A stretch of 64,000 nt of DNA from an uncultured Planctomycetales bacterium (GTDB taxonomy: Bacteria; Omnitrophota; Gorgyraeia; Zapsychrales; CAYRXT01). Below, in pieces: positions 54,209 through 63,181 of the stretch. A program made the position numbers and the translations under genes. The notes beneath the pieces were generated by a model that searched no databases, had not been told where the DNA came from, and saw nothing but the letters and a program-made list of their open reading frames with translations. The stretch lies in NCBI GenBank assembly GCA_964428315.1, contig CAYRXT010000006.1, positions 8,071 to 72,070 of the forward strand, read 5' to 3'. Numbering within the stretch: the stretch's first letter is position 1; the number at the start of each line of letters is the position of its first letter.

Positions 54209-55273
54209 ATGTCTATGCACGATAAATTGGCCAAAGCGCAACAACGCTACGATGACATCGAAAAGCAGCTCGCCGATCCTGAGATAGCCTCGAATCACGC
54301 GTGTTATCAAAAACTAGCCAAAGAGCATTCTGATCTGACGCCCTTGATCGCGGCTTACCGGGAATTCCAGGGGGTTGTCCGGCAGTTGAACGACTTGTCT
54401 CTTCTCCTTAAGGAAAAGCACGAAGAGGAGCTTGAGAAGATGGCGAAGACCGAGATAGAGGCCCTCGAAGAGAAAAGGGCCGAGATCGAAAAGCGGCTGG
54501 AAGACTTCCTTAATCCGGTCAGGCAGGAAAAAGACCGCAACGTGATCATTGAAATCCGTGCGGGTACGGGAGGCGCGGAGGCGGGGCTGTTTGCCGCCGA
54601 CCTTTTCCGTATGTACGCAAAATATGCTGACGCTAAAGGCTGGAATGTCGAGTCTATCAGTTCTCATGAATCGGAAGCGGGGGGGCTTAAGGAGGCGATT
54701 TTCAGCATTAGCGGAAAAGGGGCTTCGAAAAGATTGAAATGGGAAAGCGGCGTCCACCGTGTTCAGCGCGTACCCACGACCGAGGCCTCGGGACGTATCC
54801 ATACCTCGGCCGCGACGGTCGCGGTCTTGTTTGAGCCCGAAGAAGTCGAGCTTCAGATTGATCCCAAGGATCTTAAAATAGACGTCTTCCGTTCATCCGG
54901 TCCGGGCGGCCAGAGCGTCAACACGACGGATTCCGCGGTCCGGATTACTCACATCCCGACGGGGACGGTCGTGGTATGTCAGGATGAACGCTCCCAGATG
55001 AAAAACAAGGCCAAGGCCATGAGGGTTTTGCGGGCAAGGCTTTTGGACAACATGAAAAAAGAGAACCTCAACAGGACGACTCAGGAGAGAAAGGCACAGG
55101 TGGGAACCGGAGACCGCAGCGAAAAGATCCGGACCTACAATTTTCCCGACCGGCGGGTGACCGACCACCGGATCGGATTTACCACCCACCGGCTGGAAAA
55201 CATCCTTAACGGTGAACTGGACGAAATAACGGAAGCCTTGATGAAGGCCGCCCAGGAGTCTCTGGAGAAATGA
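54209..55273 (+). CDS. prfA: Peptide chain release factor 1
   Basis: 354 aa. GGQ motif within [22 protein letters not shown], the PxT-type decoding region, and prfA-prmC adjacency. Confidence 0.95.
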   Translation: MSMHDKLAKAQQRYDDIEKQLADPEIASNHACYQKLAKEHSDLTPLIAAYREFQGVVRQLNDLSLLLKEKHEEELEKMAKTEIEALEEKRAEIEKRLEDFLNPVRQEKDRNVIIEIRAGTGGAEAGLFAADLFRMYAKYADAKGWNVESISSHESEAGGLKEAIFSISGKGASKRLKWESGVHRVQRVPTTEASGRIHTSAATVAVLFEPEEVELQIDPKDLKIDVFRSSGPGGQSVNTTDSAVRITHIPTGTVVVCQDERSQMKNKAKAMRVLRARLLDNMKKENLNRTTQERKAQVGTGDRSEKIRTYNFPDRRVTDHRIGFTTHRLENILNGELDEITEALMKAAQESLEK

Positions 55274-56085
55274 CAGAGCAAGAAAGCATGTTAACCCATC
55301 TCTTGGGCTGCCGGCGCATCGATCTGTATGTAGATGCGCCCGTCTTGAACCGGAATCAGCGCGGCATTCTTGAAATGATGCGAATGCGCCGTTCAAGCGG
55401 CGAGCCCCTGCAGTATATTCTAGGCGAAGCGGAATTTTACGGCTTGCCTTTTTTTGTCGATTCCCGTGTCCTTATACCGCGTCCCGAGACCGAGGTCCTG
55501 GCCGAGTGCGCTATCAACGAGGCTCGTCTGTTTAACGAAGAAGGCCAAGTGAAGATCTTGGATATCGGGACAGGTTGCGGCAACCTGGCCATCTCTTTGG
55601 CCGGCGCCCTCCCCGGCGCAGACTTGACTGCCCTGGACATTTGCCCGGAGGCCCTGAAGGTGGCGAAAGAGAATGCAGCCCGGCACGGGCTTGAAAGCCG
55701 GGTCCGTTTTATTCAGGGCGATCTTTGGCGTGCTTTTGAGGAAAGCGGGTTCGAGGAGTCGTTCGATCTGGTGGTTTCCAATCCGCCCTATATTCCCAGA
55801 AGTCAATGGGCCGATTTGCCCGAGGAAGTTAAGAAGGAACCCCGGGTTGCCCTGGACGGGGGGGGCGATGGAATGGATATTTTTCGGAGGATTATCGCCG
55901 GGCTGGACAAATTTTTAGCAAGGCGGGGACGGTTGATCCTTGAGGTGGGAGATGCACAGGCACGGCCGGTTAAAGAGATGTTAAGGCAGAAAAACGGATC
56001 CTGGGCCGTGAAGATCCTGAACGACCTTACGGGAAGACAGAGAGTCATTATGGCGGGGTGCGCGAATGGACACATTGATTATTGA
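55270..56085 (+). CDS. prmC: Release factor glutamine N5-methyltransferase
   Basis: 271 aa. SAM-binding LDIGTGCG and NPPY motif (VVSNPPYIP). Confidence 0.85.
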   Translation: MTEQESMLTHLLGCRRIDLYVDAPVLNRNQRGILEMMRMRRSSGEPLQYILGEAEFYGLPFFVDSRVLIPRPETEVLAECAINEARLFNEEGQVKILDIGTGCGNLAISLAGALPGADLTALDICPEALKVAKENAARHGLESRVRFIQGDLWRAFEESGFEESFDLVVSNPPYIPRSQWADLPEEVKKEPRVALDGGGDGMDIFRRIIAGLDKFLARRGRLILEVGDAQARPVKEMLRQKNGSWAVKILNDLTGRQRVIMAGCANGHIDY

Positions 56086-57328
56086 AGGCGGACATAGACT
56101 GTCCGGTATAGTGGAGGCCAGCGGGGCTAAAAACGCGGCCCTGCCGATTATTGCGGCCAGCCTGTTAACCGAAGGCACATGTGTTATCCGAAACGTTCCT
56201 CAACTGCGTGATACCGCGACGATGCTGAAATTGATGCGTTCGTTGGGCAAGAGGGTGGAGGTGAACGGCAATACGGTTACCTTGTCTTCGGACGGGCCCC
56301 TGAAGGATTTTGCCGATTATGAGCTCGTGGCGACGATGCGGGGTTCTTTCTGTGTGCTCGGACCTCTGCTGGCCAAATTGAAAACGGCCCGCGTTTCCCT
56401 GCCGGGCGGTTGCGTTATTGGCGTGAGACCCGTCGATCTTCATCTTAAAGGACTCAAGGCCCTGAAGGCCAAGATTGAGATAGAAAACGGCTACGTCATT
56501 GCCAGGGCTTCCCGTCTGCAGGGCGCGCACATTTATCTGGGCGGGGTATTCGGACCTTCGGTCCTGGCTACGGCCAATGTCTTGATGGCCGCGACTCTAG
56601 CCCGGGGCGAGACGATTATCGAACCCGCCGCCTGCGAACCCGAGATCGAAGATCTTGCGCATTGTCTGGTGGCCATGGGCGCAAAAATCAAAGGCATCGG
56701 TTCACCCAAACTTGTCGTTAAAGGCGTGAAGACTCTTCTGGGGTTTGATTATACAATTATACCAGACAGGATCGAGGCGGGGACCTATATGTTGATGGCG
56801 GCCGCGACGCGCAGCCGCATCACAGTAAAGAACGCCTGGCACAGACATCTTCTTGCAGTCGTGGACAAATTGGAAGAGACCGGAGTGCGCGTTATCCAGG
56901 AAGAGGACGGACTGCGTGTCGAGCCGCGTTCCGTGCCCCGGCCGGCCAGTGTGACGACATTTCCCTACCCGGGTTTTCCGACAGACCTTCAAGCCCAGTT
57001 CATGGCCTATATGGCGCTCACTCCCGGGATCAGCGTGATCACCGATAAAGTGTATCCTGACCGTTTTATCCATATTGCCGAAATCAACAGGATGGGAGCG
57101 GATGTCCGCCGGGAAGGGATGAGCGCGATTATTAAAGGTGTCAAGGTTTTACACGGTGCACGGGTCATGGCCTCGGACTTAAGGGCGTCGGCAGCTTTGA
57201 TTGTCTCGGGACTCGCGGCACAGGGAAAGACCGAGATACAGCGTATTTATCACCTTGACCGGGGCTACGAAGCCCTGGATCAAAAACTCGCCGGGCTGGG
57301 GGCCAGGATCTCCAGAGAAGAGGAATAA
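56066..57328 (+). CDS. murA: UDP-N-acetylglucosamine 1-carboxyvinyltransferase
   Basis: 420 aa. EPSP-synthase fold with MurA N-terminus IEGGxxLSGxVxxSGAKNAALP and a catalytic Cys region. Confidence 0.95.
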   Translation: MDTLIIEGGHRLSGIVEASGAKNAALPIIAASLLTEGTCVIRNVPQLRDTATMLKLMRSLGKRVEVNGNTVTLSSDGPLKDFADYELVATMRGSFCVLGPLLAKLKTARVSLPGGCVIGVRPVDLHLKGLKALKAKIEIENGYVIARASRLQGAHIYLGGVFGPSVLATANVLMAATLARGETIIEPAACEPEIEDLAHCLVAMGAKIKGIGSPKLVVKGVKTLLGFDYTIIPDRIEAGTYMLMAAATRSRITVKNAWHRHLLAVVDKLEETGVRVIQEEDGLRVEPRSVPRPASVTTFPYPGFPTDLQAQFMAYMALTPGISVITDKVYPDRFIHIAEINRMGADVRREGMSAIIKGVKVLHGARVMASDLRASAALIVSGLAAQGKTEIQRIYHLDRGYEALDQKLAGLGARISREEE

Positions 57329-57335
57329 CAAAACA

Positions 57336-57902
57336 ATGATACTGGTTATCGACAACTACGACTCCTTCACGTACAATCTGGTTCAGTATTTGGGGGAATT
57401 GGGGCAGAAAATGGTCATCTACCGTAATGATCAGATTACCCTTTCGCAGATCGATGAAATCAAGCCCTCGAAGATTGTCATATCACCTGGCCCAGGCCGT
57501 CCGGAGGACGCCGGCATCTCGGTTGATCTCATCCGTTCTTTTGCCGGGAAAGTCCCAATCCTGGGAGTTTGTCTGGGGCATCAATGCATGGGCTACGCCT
57601 ACGGCGGCAAGATTGTCAGGGCCAAGTACTTGATGCACGGCAAGACATCGCGGATATTCCATCGAGGGGATTCCCTTTTTGAAAAGATCGAAAATCCCTT
57701 TGAGGCGACGCGCTATCATTCTCTGGTGATTGAACCGAGCAGTCTGCCGGCCTGTTTTGCTGTTACGGCCTGGACGAAAGACAAGGAGATCATGGGCATA
57801 CAGCACAAGTCTTTGGCATTATGGGGCGTGCAATTCCATCCTGAGTCGATCCTTACGGCATCGGGCAAAGATATCCTGAAAAATTTTCTTCAGCTGAAAT
57901 GA
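57336..57902 (+). CDS. trpG: Anthranilate synthase component II / aminodeoxychorismate synthase glutamine amidotransferase
   Basis: 188 aa from Met at 57336. Class-I GATase triad region GVCLGHQ and HPES. Begins the trpGDCF block. Confidence 0.8.
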   Translation: MILVIDNYDSFTYNLVQYLGELGQKMVIYRNDQITLSQIDEIKPSKIVISPGPGRPEDAGISVDLIRSFAGKVPILGVCLGHQCMGYAYGGKIVRAKYLMHGKTSRIFHRGDSLFEKIENPFEATRYHSLVIEPSSLPACFAVTAWTKDKEIMGIQHKSLALWGVQFHPESILTASGKDILKNFLQLK

Positions 57903-58909
57903 AGACGATCATAGCGAAATTGCATGAAGGAAGAGATCTCCTGGGCGAAGAGATGCACTCCGTCATGCGGTCGATCATGTCAGGCAATGCCCGGGCCAAA
58001 GATGTCGAGTCTTTTCTTTTGGCTTTAAGGGCGAAAGGACCGACTGTACAGGAGATTACGGCGGCGGCCCAGATCATGCGGCAGTTCGTCATCCGGGTCG
58101 AGACCGTACAGGACCCCGTTATGGACACCTGCGGGACGGGCGGAGACAAATCAGGGACCTTCAACATATCAACAGCCGTGGCCTTGGTTGTGGCCGGTAG
58201 CGGGGTCGCGGTGGCAAAGCACGGGAACCGATCTGTCTCCAGCCGCTGCGGAAGCGCGGACGTGCTGGAGGCCCTGGGTGTCAATATCGACCTGGACGCA
58301 GAACATTTAGGGCGGTGCCTGGATAAAGTAGGGATTGCCTTTTTATTTGCGCAGAAACTGCATCCGGCCATGAAGCATGTCGCGCCGATACGCAAGAAAC
58401 TCGGCGTAGAGACGATTTTTAACATTCTCGGACCGTTGACCAATCCCGCGTCGGCAACGCACCAGATGATGGGCGTCTATGACGTGAAGTGGATCCGGCC
58501 CCTTGCCGACGTCCTGAGGAATCTTGGATCCAAGCGGGCGGTTGTGGTCCACGGCCTGGATGGCCTTGATGAGATTACGACGACCGCCGTGACACAGGTC
58601 AGCGAATTCGACGGGTCGCGCGTCATTGACTATGAGATCGAGCCGGAGCATTTCGGTTTGAGGCGGGTATCTATCGAGGATATCAAAGGGGGCACGCCGG
58701 AAGAAAATGCAGCGATGGTGGAAGACCTGCTTAAGGGCGCGACCGGCTCCCGGCGGGACATCGTGGTCCTCAATGCCGCTTACGCCTTATACGCCGCAGA
58801 GAATGTCGACTCGCCCGAAGAAGGGGTAGAAAAAGTGAGCCGGGCGATCGATGGAGGATCGGCCGCACGGAAACTCGACGAGCTGAAACGGTTTACCCAT
58901 GACGGATAA
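57899..58909 (+). CDS. trpD: Anthranilate phosphoribosyltransferase
   Basis: 336 aa. CGTGGDxxxTFNIST and KHGNRSVSS motifs. Confidence 0.9.
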   Translation: MKTIIAKLHEGRDLLGEEMHSVMRSIMSGNARAKDVESFLLALRAKGPTVQEITAAAQIMRQFVIRVETVQDPVMDTCGTGGDKSGTFNISTAVALVVAGSGVAVAKHGNRSVSSRCGSADVLEALGVNIDLDAEHLGRCLDKVGIAFLFAQKLHPAMKHVAPIRKKLGVETIFNILGPLTNPASATHQMMGVYDVKWIRPLADVLRNLGSKRAVVVHGLDGLDEITTTAVTQVSEFDGSRVIDYEIEPEHFGLRRVSIEDIKGGTPEENAAMVEDLLKGATGSRRDIVVLNAAYALYAAENVDSPEEGVEKVSRAIDGGSAARKLDELKRFTHDG

Positions 58910-59696
58910 TAATTTTCTGGACCAAATCATCGAGCACAAGAAAGATTCCCTGGAACGCAAGTCGGCGTTTTACGCTTCTCTCAAAAAAAAGACACGGGGA
59001 CAAAAACTGACCCGGTATCACATTTTTAAGCAAAGCATATCGAGACCCGGGGGGATCAATTTGATCGCCGAGTTTAAAAAAGCCTCACCCTCCCGGGGGC
59101 TGATCCGGGCGAGTTGCGATGTCCTCTCTGTGGCCAGGGTTTATGTGAACAACGGCGCGGCGGCGGTCTCTGTCCTTACCGAGGAGAAATACTTTGCGGG
59201 CAAGATCAGTTATCTGCGGCAGGTCAGCGAGCATTTTGATGTCCCGGCCTTGATGAAGGATTTTATAATAGACGAGGTCCAGATCTATGAGGGTTTTGTC
59301 AACGGTGCCAGCGGAATCCTTTTAATCGTCGCCCTGCTGGATGACGCCCGGCTGGAGCAGCTTTTGGAGGCGGCCCGGAATCTTGATATGGATTGTCTCG
59401 TCGAGGTCCACAATGAAGAAGAGCTTGAACGCGCCCTTAGATCGCAGGCGGAGATTATCGGGATCAACAACCGGGACCTGCGTTCGTTCAAAGTGGACCT
59501 GGACGTTTCCCGGCGGTTGATCCCTCTGATACCGAAGGACAAGGTGATCGTGGTGGAAAGCGGCATCAGGACGCACGATGACATTAAGCGTTTTGAAGCG
59601 GCGGGCGCTCATGCGGTCCTTGTCGGTGAATCCTTTATGGATGCGCCTGACATCGATGCAAAAATGAAGGAAATGATGCGGGGTCATGCTTCATGA
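58899..59696 (+). CDS. trpC: Indole-3-glycerol phosphate synthase
   Basis: 265 aa. LIAEFKKASPSRG and INNRDL motifs. Confidence 0.9.
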   Translation: MTDNNFLDQIIEHKKDSLERKSAFYASLKKKTRGQKLTRYHIFKQSISRPGGINLIAEFKKASPSRGLIRASCDVLSVARVYVNNGAAAVSVLTEEKYFAGKISYLRQVSEHFDVPALMKDFIIDEVQIYEGFVNGASGILLIVALLDDARLEQLLEAARNLDMDCLVEVHNEEELERALRSQAEIIGINNRDLRSFKVDLDVSRRLIPLIPKDKVIVVESGIRTHDDIKRFEAAGAHAVLVGESFMDAPDIDAKMKEMMRGHAS

Positions 59697-60334
59697 TAAG
59701 AATCAAGATATGCGGGATAACCAAGAGTTCCGATGCCTTTGAAGCGGTGCGTCTGGGGGCCTGGGCGCTGGGATTCAATTTTTATCGCAAGAGCCCGCGG
59801 TACATTAACCCCTTGGAGGCAAAGAAGATCATTGTCCGGCTTCCGCCTTTCGTTACACCGGTTGGGCTTTTTGTCAACACTCCGGCGGAAATTATCCGCC
59901 GCCGGGCCGCCTTTTGCGGCATTAACACGGTTCAACTCCACGGGGATGAGCCGGCGTCGCAGTGCCGATCGCTTAAACCGTTGAAAGTGATCAAGGCATT
60001 CCGCTTGCGTAAGGGATTCGATTTCGCTTCGCTGGAACGTTACGATGTCTCGGCCTTTCTTTTTGACACACTTAATACCGGAGGCCTTTACGGCGGCAGT
60101 GGAGAAGTCTTTGACTGGAACATTCTGAAAAGGGCCGGGAGCGTCGGACGACCGGTCATTCTGGCCGGGGGGATCCACAGCGGGAACCTTCGGCAGGCCT
60201 ATGAGTTACTGAGGCCCTATGCCGTCGATGTCTGCAGCGGAATCGAAACAAGGCCAGGTAAAAAGGACCCGAAACGCATGAACACGCTGTTTCGTATAGC
60301 CAGGGAGGCCGGGATTGGGAAGAGTCATCTTTGA
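59693..60334 (+). CDS. trpF: Phosphoribosylanthranilate isomerase
   Basis: 213 aa. IKICGIT N-terminus and (beta/alpha)8 PRAI family features. Confidence 0.85.
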   Translation: MIRIKICGITKSSDAFEAVRLGAWALGFNFYRKSPRYINPLEAKKIIVRLPPFVTPVGLFVNTPAEIIRRRAAFCGINTVQLHGDEPASQCRSLKPLKVIKAFRLRKGFDFASLERYDVSAFLFDTLNTGGLYGGSGEVFDWNILKRAGSVGRPVILAGGIHSGNLRQAYELLRPYAVDVCSGIETRPGKKDPKRMNTLFRIAREAGIGKSHL

Positions 60335-60986
60335 TATCGAGACAGTAGGTCAGGATTTCGAACTGCTGGATGACGCCTCCAAGGAGTATTTTTTGAAATT
60401 TGCCGATACACCCGAAAAGGCGGAGGAGGCCAAGAACAGCCTGAGCTTTTATCCCTTGACCGCGCAGGTGGTCGCCATAGGCATGCTCGAAGTGGAATCC
60501 TCCCGCGGGGCGGTCTATTTTCAGAATAATAACGGTTCTCCGGAGAAATTCACGGAAGACGGGATAGTTTATATGTCAGGGTCAGAAAAAGATATATTGA
60601 GTCAGTTTTGGAAAAAACTCGCCCAGTTCGACAAATTTATCACCTTCAATGGACGACTATTCGATTGTCCCTTTGTCATGATTCGTTCGGCCGTCAACGG
60701 TATCCGTTCCAGCCGGAATATCATGCCCTATCGTTACTCTCACGATCAGCATGTGGATCTCGCCGATCAGTTGTCTTTTTACGACGCCATGCGCCGTAAA
60801 TTCAGCCTGCATATGTGGTGCCGGGCCTTCGGGATCGCCAGCCCAAAAGAGGAGGGAATGACGGGGCTCCAGGTCAAGGATTACTACCACAATGGACGTT
60901 ATCAGGACATCGCCCGGTATTGTTTTCGCGATATCCGTTCCACGAAAGAGCTTTTCTTGTATTGGGACAAATACCTGCGGTTTTAG
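60315..60986 (+). CDS. Predicted DEDD-type 3'-5' exonuclease (RNase H-like fold, PolB-exonuclease-related)
   Basis: 223 aa. ExoI-like motif VIFDIETVG at the N-terminus, ITFNGxxFDxPF (ExoII-like), and YxxxD in HDQHVDLAD. Overlaps the trpF stop by 20 nt. Confidence 0.6.
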   Translation: MGRVIFDIETVGQDFELLDDASKEYFLKFADTPEKAEEAKNSLSFYPLTAQVVAIGMLEVESSRGAVYFQNNNGSPEKFTEDGIVYMSGSEKDILSQFWKKLAQFDKFITFNGRLFDCPFVMIRSAVNGIRSSRNIMPYRYSHDQHVDLADQLSFYDAMRRKFSLHMWCRAFGIASPKEEGMTGLQVKDYYHNGRYQDIARYCFRDIRSTKELFLYWDKYLRF

Positions 60987-61058
60987 ATTGTTGGACAATC
61001 GTAAGTATTTTAATGTCAAATGGTTTTATTCGATTAGAAAAAATATGCGGTTCCTTGG

Positions 61059-61087
61059 TTGTCCTTCATGTAGGAATATGTTATAGT
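61059..61087 (+). promoter_or_regulatory. Sigma70-type promoter (TTGTCC-17nt-TATAGT) for the candidate sRNA
   Basis: Lies in the AT-rich island 60990-61095. -35 at 61059-61064, -10 at 61082-61087. The predicted TSS at ~61094 coincides with the first base of the RNA terminal helix. Confidence 0.55.
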
Positions 61088-61093
61088 TGTACT

Positions 61094-61312
61094 AGCCGAT
61101 AAAGGTAAACCCGGAGAAATCCGGGGACACAAAACCACAGGCCTACGTTACTTGTAGCCGGGAAGGTCCGAGGCAACAGAGGGCGGACAATTCGTTACCG
61201 AATAGGTATGGCGAATAGTGATAAGGTGGCTGGGTTGCCGAAGAGCTGTCGGGGGCTAACATCCCCATCTTTATCGGCTCTTTTTTTTGCCCTGAAGAAG
61301 GGCTTTTTTTTT
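61094..61312 (+). ncRNA. Candidate structured small RNA of unassigned family (~190-220 nt)
   Basis: A 10-bp terminal helix, GCCGATAAAG (61095-61104) with CTTTATCGGC (61269-61278), closes a multi-stem domain. The domain contains a GNRA hairpin, CCCGGA-GAAA-TCCGGG (61110-61125). It also contains the GGGGG-CTAACAT-CCCC hairpin (61251-61266). Other local stems include ATTCG-TTAC-CGAAT and GGCAAC...GTTGCC. The RNA is followed by a U8 tract and then a second hairpin plus U9. The region has no convincing ORF and an upstream promoter. Confidence 0.5.
61289..61312 (+). terminator. Intrinsic terminator (GCCCT-GAAGA-AGGGC + T9)
   Basis: GC-rich 5-bp stem at 61289-61303 followed by a run of nine T (61304-61312). 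Preceded by a T8 run directly after the sRNA terminal helix. Confidence 0.6.
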
Positions 61313-61549
61313 GTGATGCCTCCCTGAAGGCACGTTCAAAGGACCAGATCCCGTTTGCCTTGCGCGCAGGTTTTACCCCGCCAACATAAAGCCACATCCG
61401 TAAGGGTTTGGATGGATGGCTTTCTGCCGGCGTCTGTGGCACACGCAGGGGTGGGCCGGTTTCCGCACCCGTCCGGACTCCGCGGAACGGAGAAGAACAA
61501 GAAACCACGTCCGTCAGGGCGTGGATCTTCACTTTTGGTCAAAAAAAAA

Positions 61550-61578
61550 TTCATTTCCCTCCTAAAATGGGTTATAAT
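61550..61578 (+). promoter_or_regulatory. Candidate promoter with perfect -10 TATAAT, upstream A9 tract (UP-like) and weak -35 (TTCATT)
   Basis: TATAAT at 61573-61578 and an A-tract at 61541-61549. RBS AAGGAAG lies 4 nt before the ATG at 61622. Confidence 0.4.
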
Positions 61579-61621
61579 ACACACTTCCAACCGCTGGGAA
61601 ACCCGCAGATAAGGAAGATGT

Positions 61622-61924
61622 ATGTCGGATACTCTGGTACGCATATTTTCGAGTGTGGACCTTCAGGAAGTGAAGGAGCATCTTCTTGTTTACGGCACCC
61701 TGGCGGCCAGCTGTGCACAATGCAACGAGATGGGCCTGAAGCTTGACATGGATAAGTGTCCCAAATGCCAGACCGAATTCCGGTATATCACGTTCCGCAA
61801 TCATAAAGAACATATGCCCAAAATACTGAAGCTATACACCGCCCGCCCGGGCATCAAGATTATCGACTACGAGGACTACAAGAAGCTAACCGGAAAACGT
61901 AAGGCCGAGGAGTTGTTCGAATGA
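61622..61924 (+). CDS. Small Cys4 zinc-ribbon protein, hypothetical
   Basis: 100 aa. CAQC-x11-CPKC motif and a good RBS. Its stop overlaps the start of the downstream M20 peptidase (ATGA). Confidence 0.5.
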   Translation: MSDTLVRIFSSVDLQEVKEHLLVYGTLAASCAQCNEMGLKLDMDKCPKCQTEFRYITFRNHKEHMPKILKLYTARPGIKIIDYEDYKKLTGKRKAEELFE

Positions 61925-63063
61925 TCAGGGAAAAACGGCTGGTCAAAACGCTTCGGGACCTCATCCGGATCAATTCGGAAAATCCACCGGGCCGGGAGAA
62001 AAAGATTGCCGATTTTCTAGGAAAAGAATTTGCCGCTTTAGGACTGGGCGTCCGCGCCTACTCATTCGCAAAAAACAGGCCCAATATTGTCGCCACGTTC
62101 AGGGGCAAAGGCAAAAGACAGACCGCCTCTGCGGAGGCGCTTTTGTTGACGCCCCATTATGATACGGTGCCTGCCGGCAAGGGGTGGAGCGTCGATCCCT
62201 TCGGCGGCCGCATAATGAACGGCAAGATTTTTGGACGGGGGGCCACTGACGATAAATGCAATGTCGCGGCTTCCCTGGAGGTTGTCCGCTCGTTGGTGGA
62301 GGACGGTTTTCGCCCCGACAAGGATCTTATCGTCGCAGCAACCTCAGACGAGGAGACGGGCAGCCGATTCGGCATCATCCCGCTTCTGGAGAAAAAGATG
62401 GTCCGGCCGAAATGGGCTCTGATCCTTGACGCCAACGAGTGTGACGCCATCATCGCGCAGAAGGGATTGATTCACGGCCGGATCCGGATTTTCGGGAAGA
62501 AGGCGCACGGTGCCTACAACTGGCGGGGGGTTAACGCCATCGAGGCCGCCGCCCGGATCATCGCGAAGTTGAAAAGGCACCGCTTCCCGCACCGCAAACA
62601 CCGGCTTCTGCACGCGCCGACAATGAACATCGGCGTCATCCACGGCGGTGACAAGACGAATATCGTGGCCGATTTCTGCGAGTTCCATTTCGATACCCGT
62701 TACCTGCCCGGGACAGATCCCCGGGATGTCCTGAAAGACATCAAAAGGATTGTCCGCCGGGAGATTCGGACGTTTGAGATTGAGACCGACGATATCCAGT
62801 ATCCGTATGAAATACGCAGGGACCATCCTCTGGTCCGTTTGTATACGAAGAGTGCCAAGACCGAAGGGCAGAAGGCCCTTTTGAAGGGCAGTGAGGGCGC
62901 CACGGTCATAAGCTTTTTCAAGAAGATGAACATACCGGCCATCGCGACGGGATACGGGACGCATAATACAGCGCACATTACCGACGAGTTCGCGAAGGTT
63001 GATATCCTGGTAAAAGGCGCGCGGGTGCTGGAAGCCTTCGTGAAGGGCTATAACGGTTTATGA
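61921..63063 (+). CDS. M20-family metallopeptidase (ArgE/DapE-like deacylase)
   Basis: 380 aa. Metal-binding motifs HYDTVP, GRGATDDK and SDEETG, and a dimerisation domain. Confidence 0.8.
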   Translation: MIREKRLVKTLRDLIRINSENPPGREKKIADFLGKEFAALGLGVRAYSFAKNRPNIVATFRGKGKRQTASAEALLLTPHYDTVPAGKGWSVDPFGGRIMNGKIFGRGATDDKCNVAASLEVVRSLVEDGFRPDKDLIVAATSDEETGSRFGIIPLLEKKMVRPKWALILDANECDAIIAQKGLIHGRIRIFGKKAHGAYNWRGVNAIEAAARIIAKLKRHRFPHRKHRLLHAPTMNIGVIHGGDKTNIVADFCEFHFDTRYLPGTDPRDVLKDIKRIVRREIRTFEIETDDIQYPYEIRRDHPLVRLYTKSAKTEGQKALLKGSEGATVISFFKKMNIPAIATGYGTHNTAHITDEFAKVDILVKGARVLEAFVKGYNGL

Positions 63064-63181
63064 GACCGATGGGACATGGCATCATTTCGGCTACCGCTTT
63101 CTCGTTTTTACTGACCCGTTTTGATGTCCCGCTCAAGCTTTTTTTTAAGAACGTATTCATGCGGGGCTATTTGCACAAGCG

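Noticed and set aside
61094-61312. Assignment of the structured RNA to RNase P RNA, SRP RNA, tmRNA, 6S RNA or a cobalamin riboswitch
   Set aside because: Short motif echoes exist (GGAAGGTCCGAGGC versus RNase P P4; GGGAAGG versus B12 elements). But the length (~200 nt) is wrong for RNase P or tmRNA. The fold is multi-branched, not the 6S rod. The B12 box and the SRP domain IV loop are absent. It is left unassigned pending a covariance-model search.
61143-61746. Several 80-130-aa ORFs on both strands across the sRNA region (61143..61532 -, 61336..61644 -, 61355..61612 +, 61408..61746 +)
   Set aside because: They overlap one another in a region whose sequence is explained by RNA helices and promoter/terminator elements. 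None has an RBS, and one overlaps the well-supported zinc-ribbon ORF out of frame.
63064-63181. Possible terminator or promoter in the spacer before the DUF3108 gene (AAGCTTTTTTTTAAG)
   Set aside because: The T-run is not preceded by a convincing GC-rich stem. It may be a weak terminator, but the evidence is insufficient.
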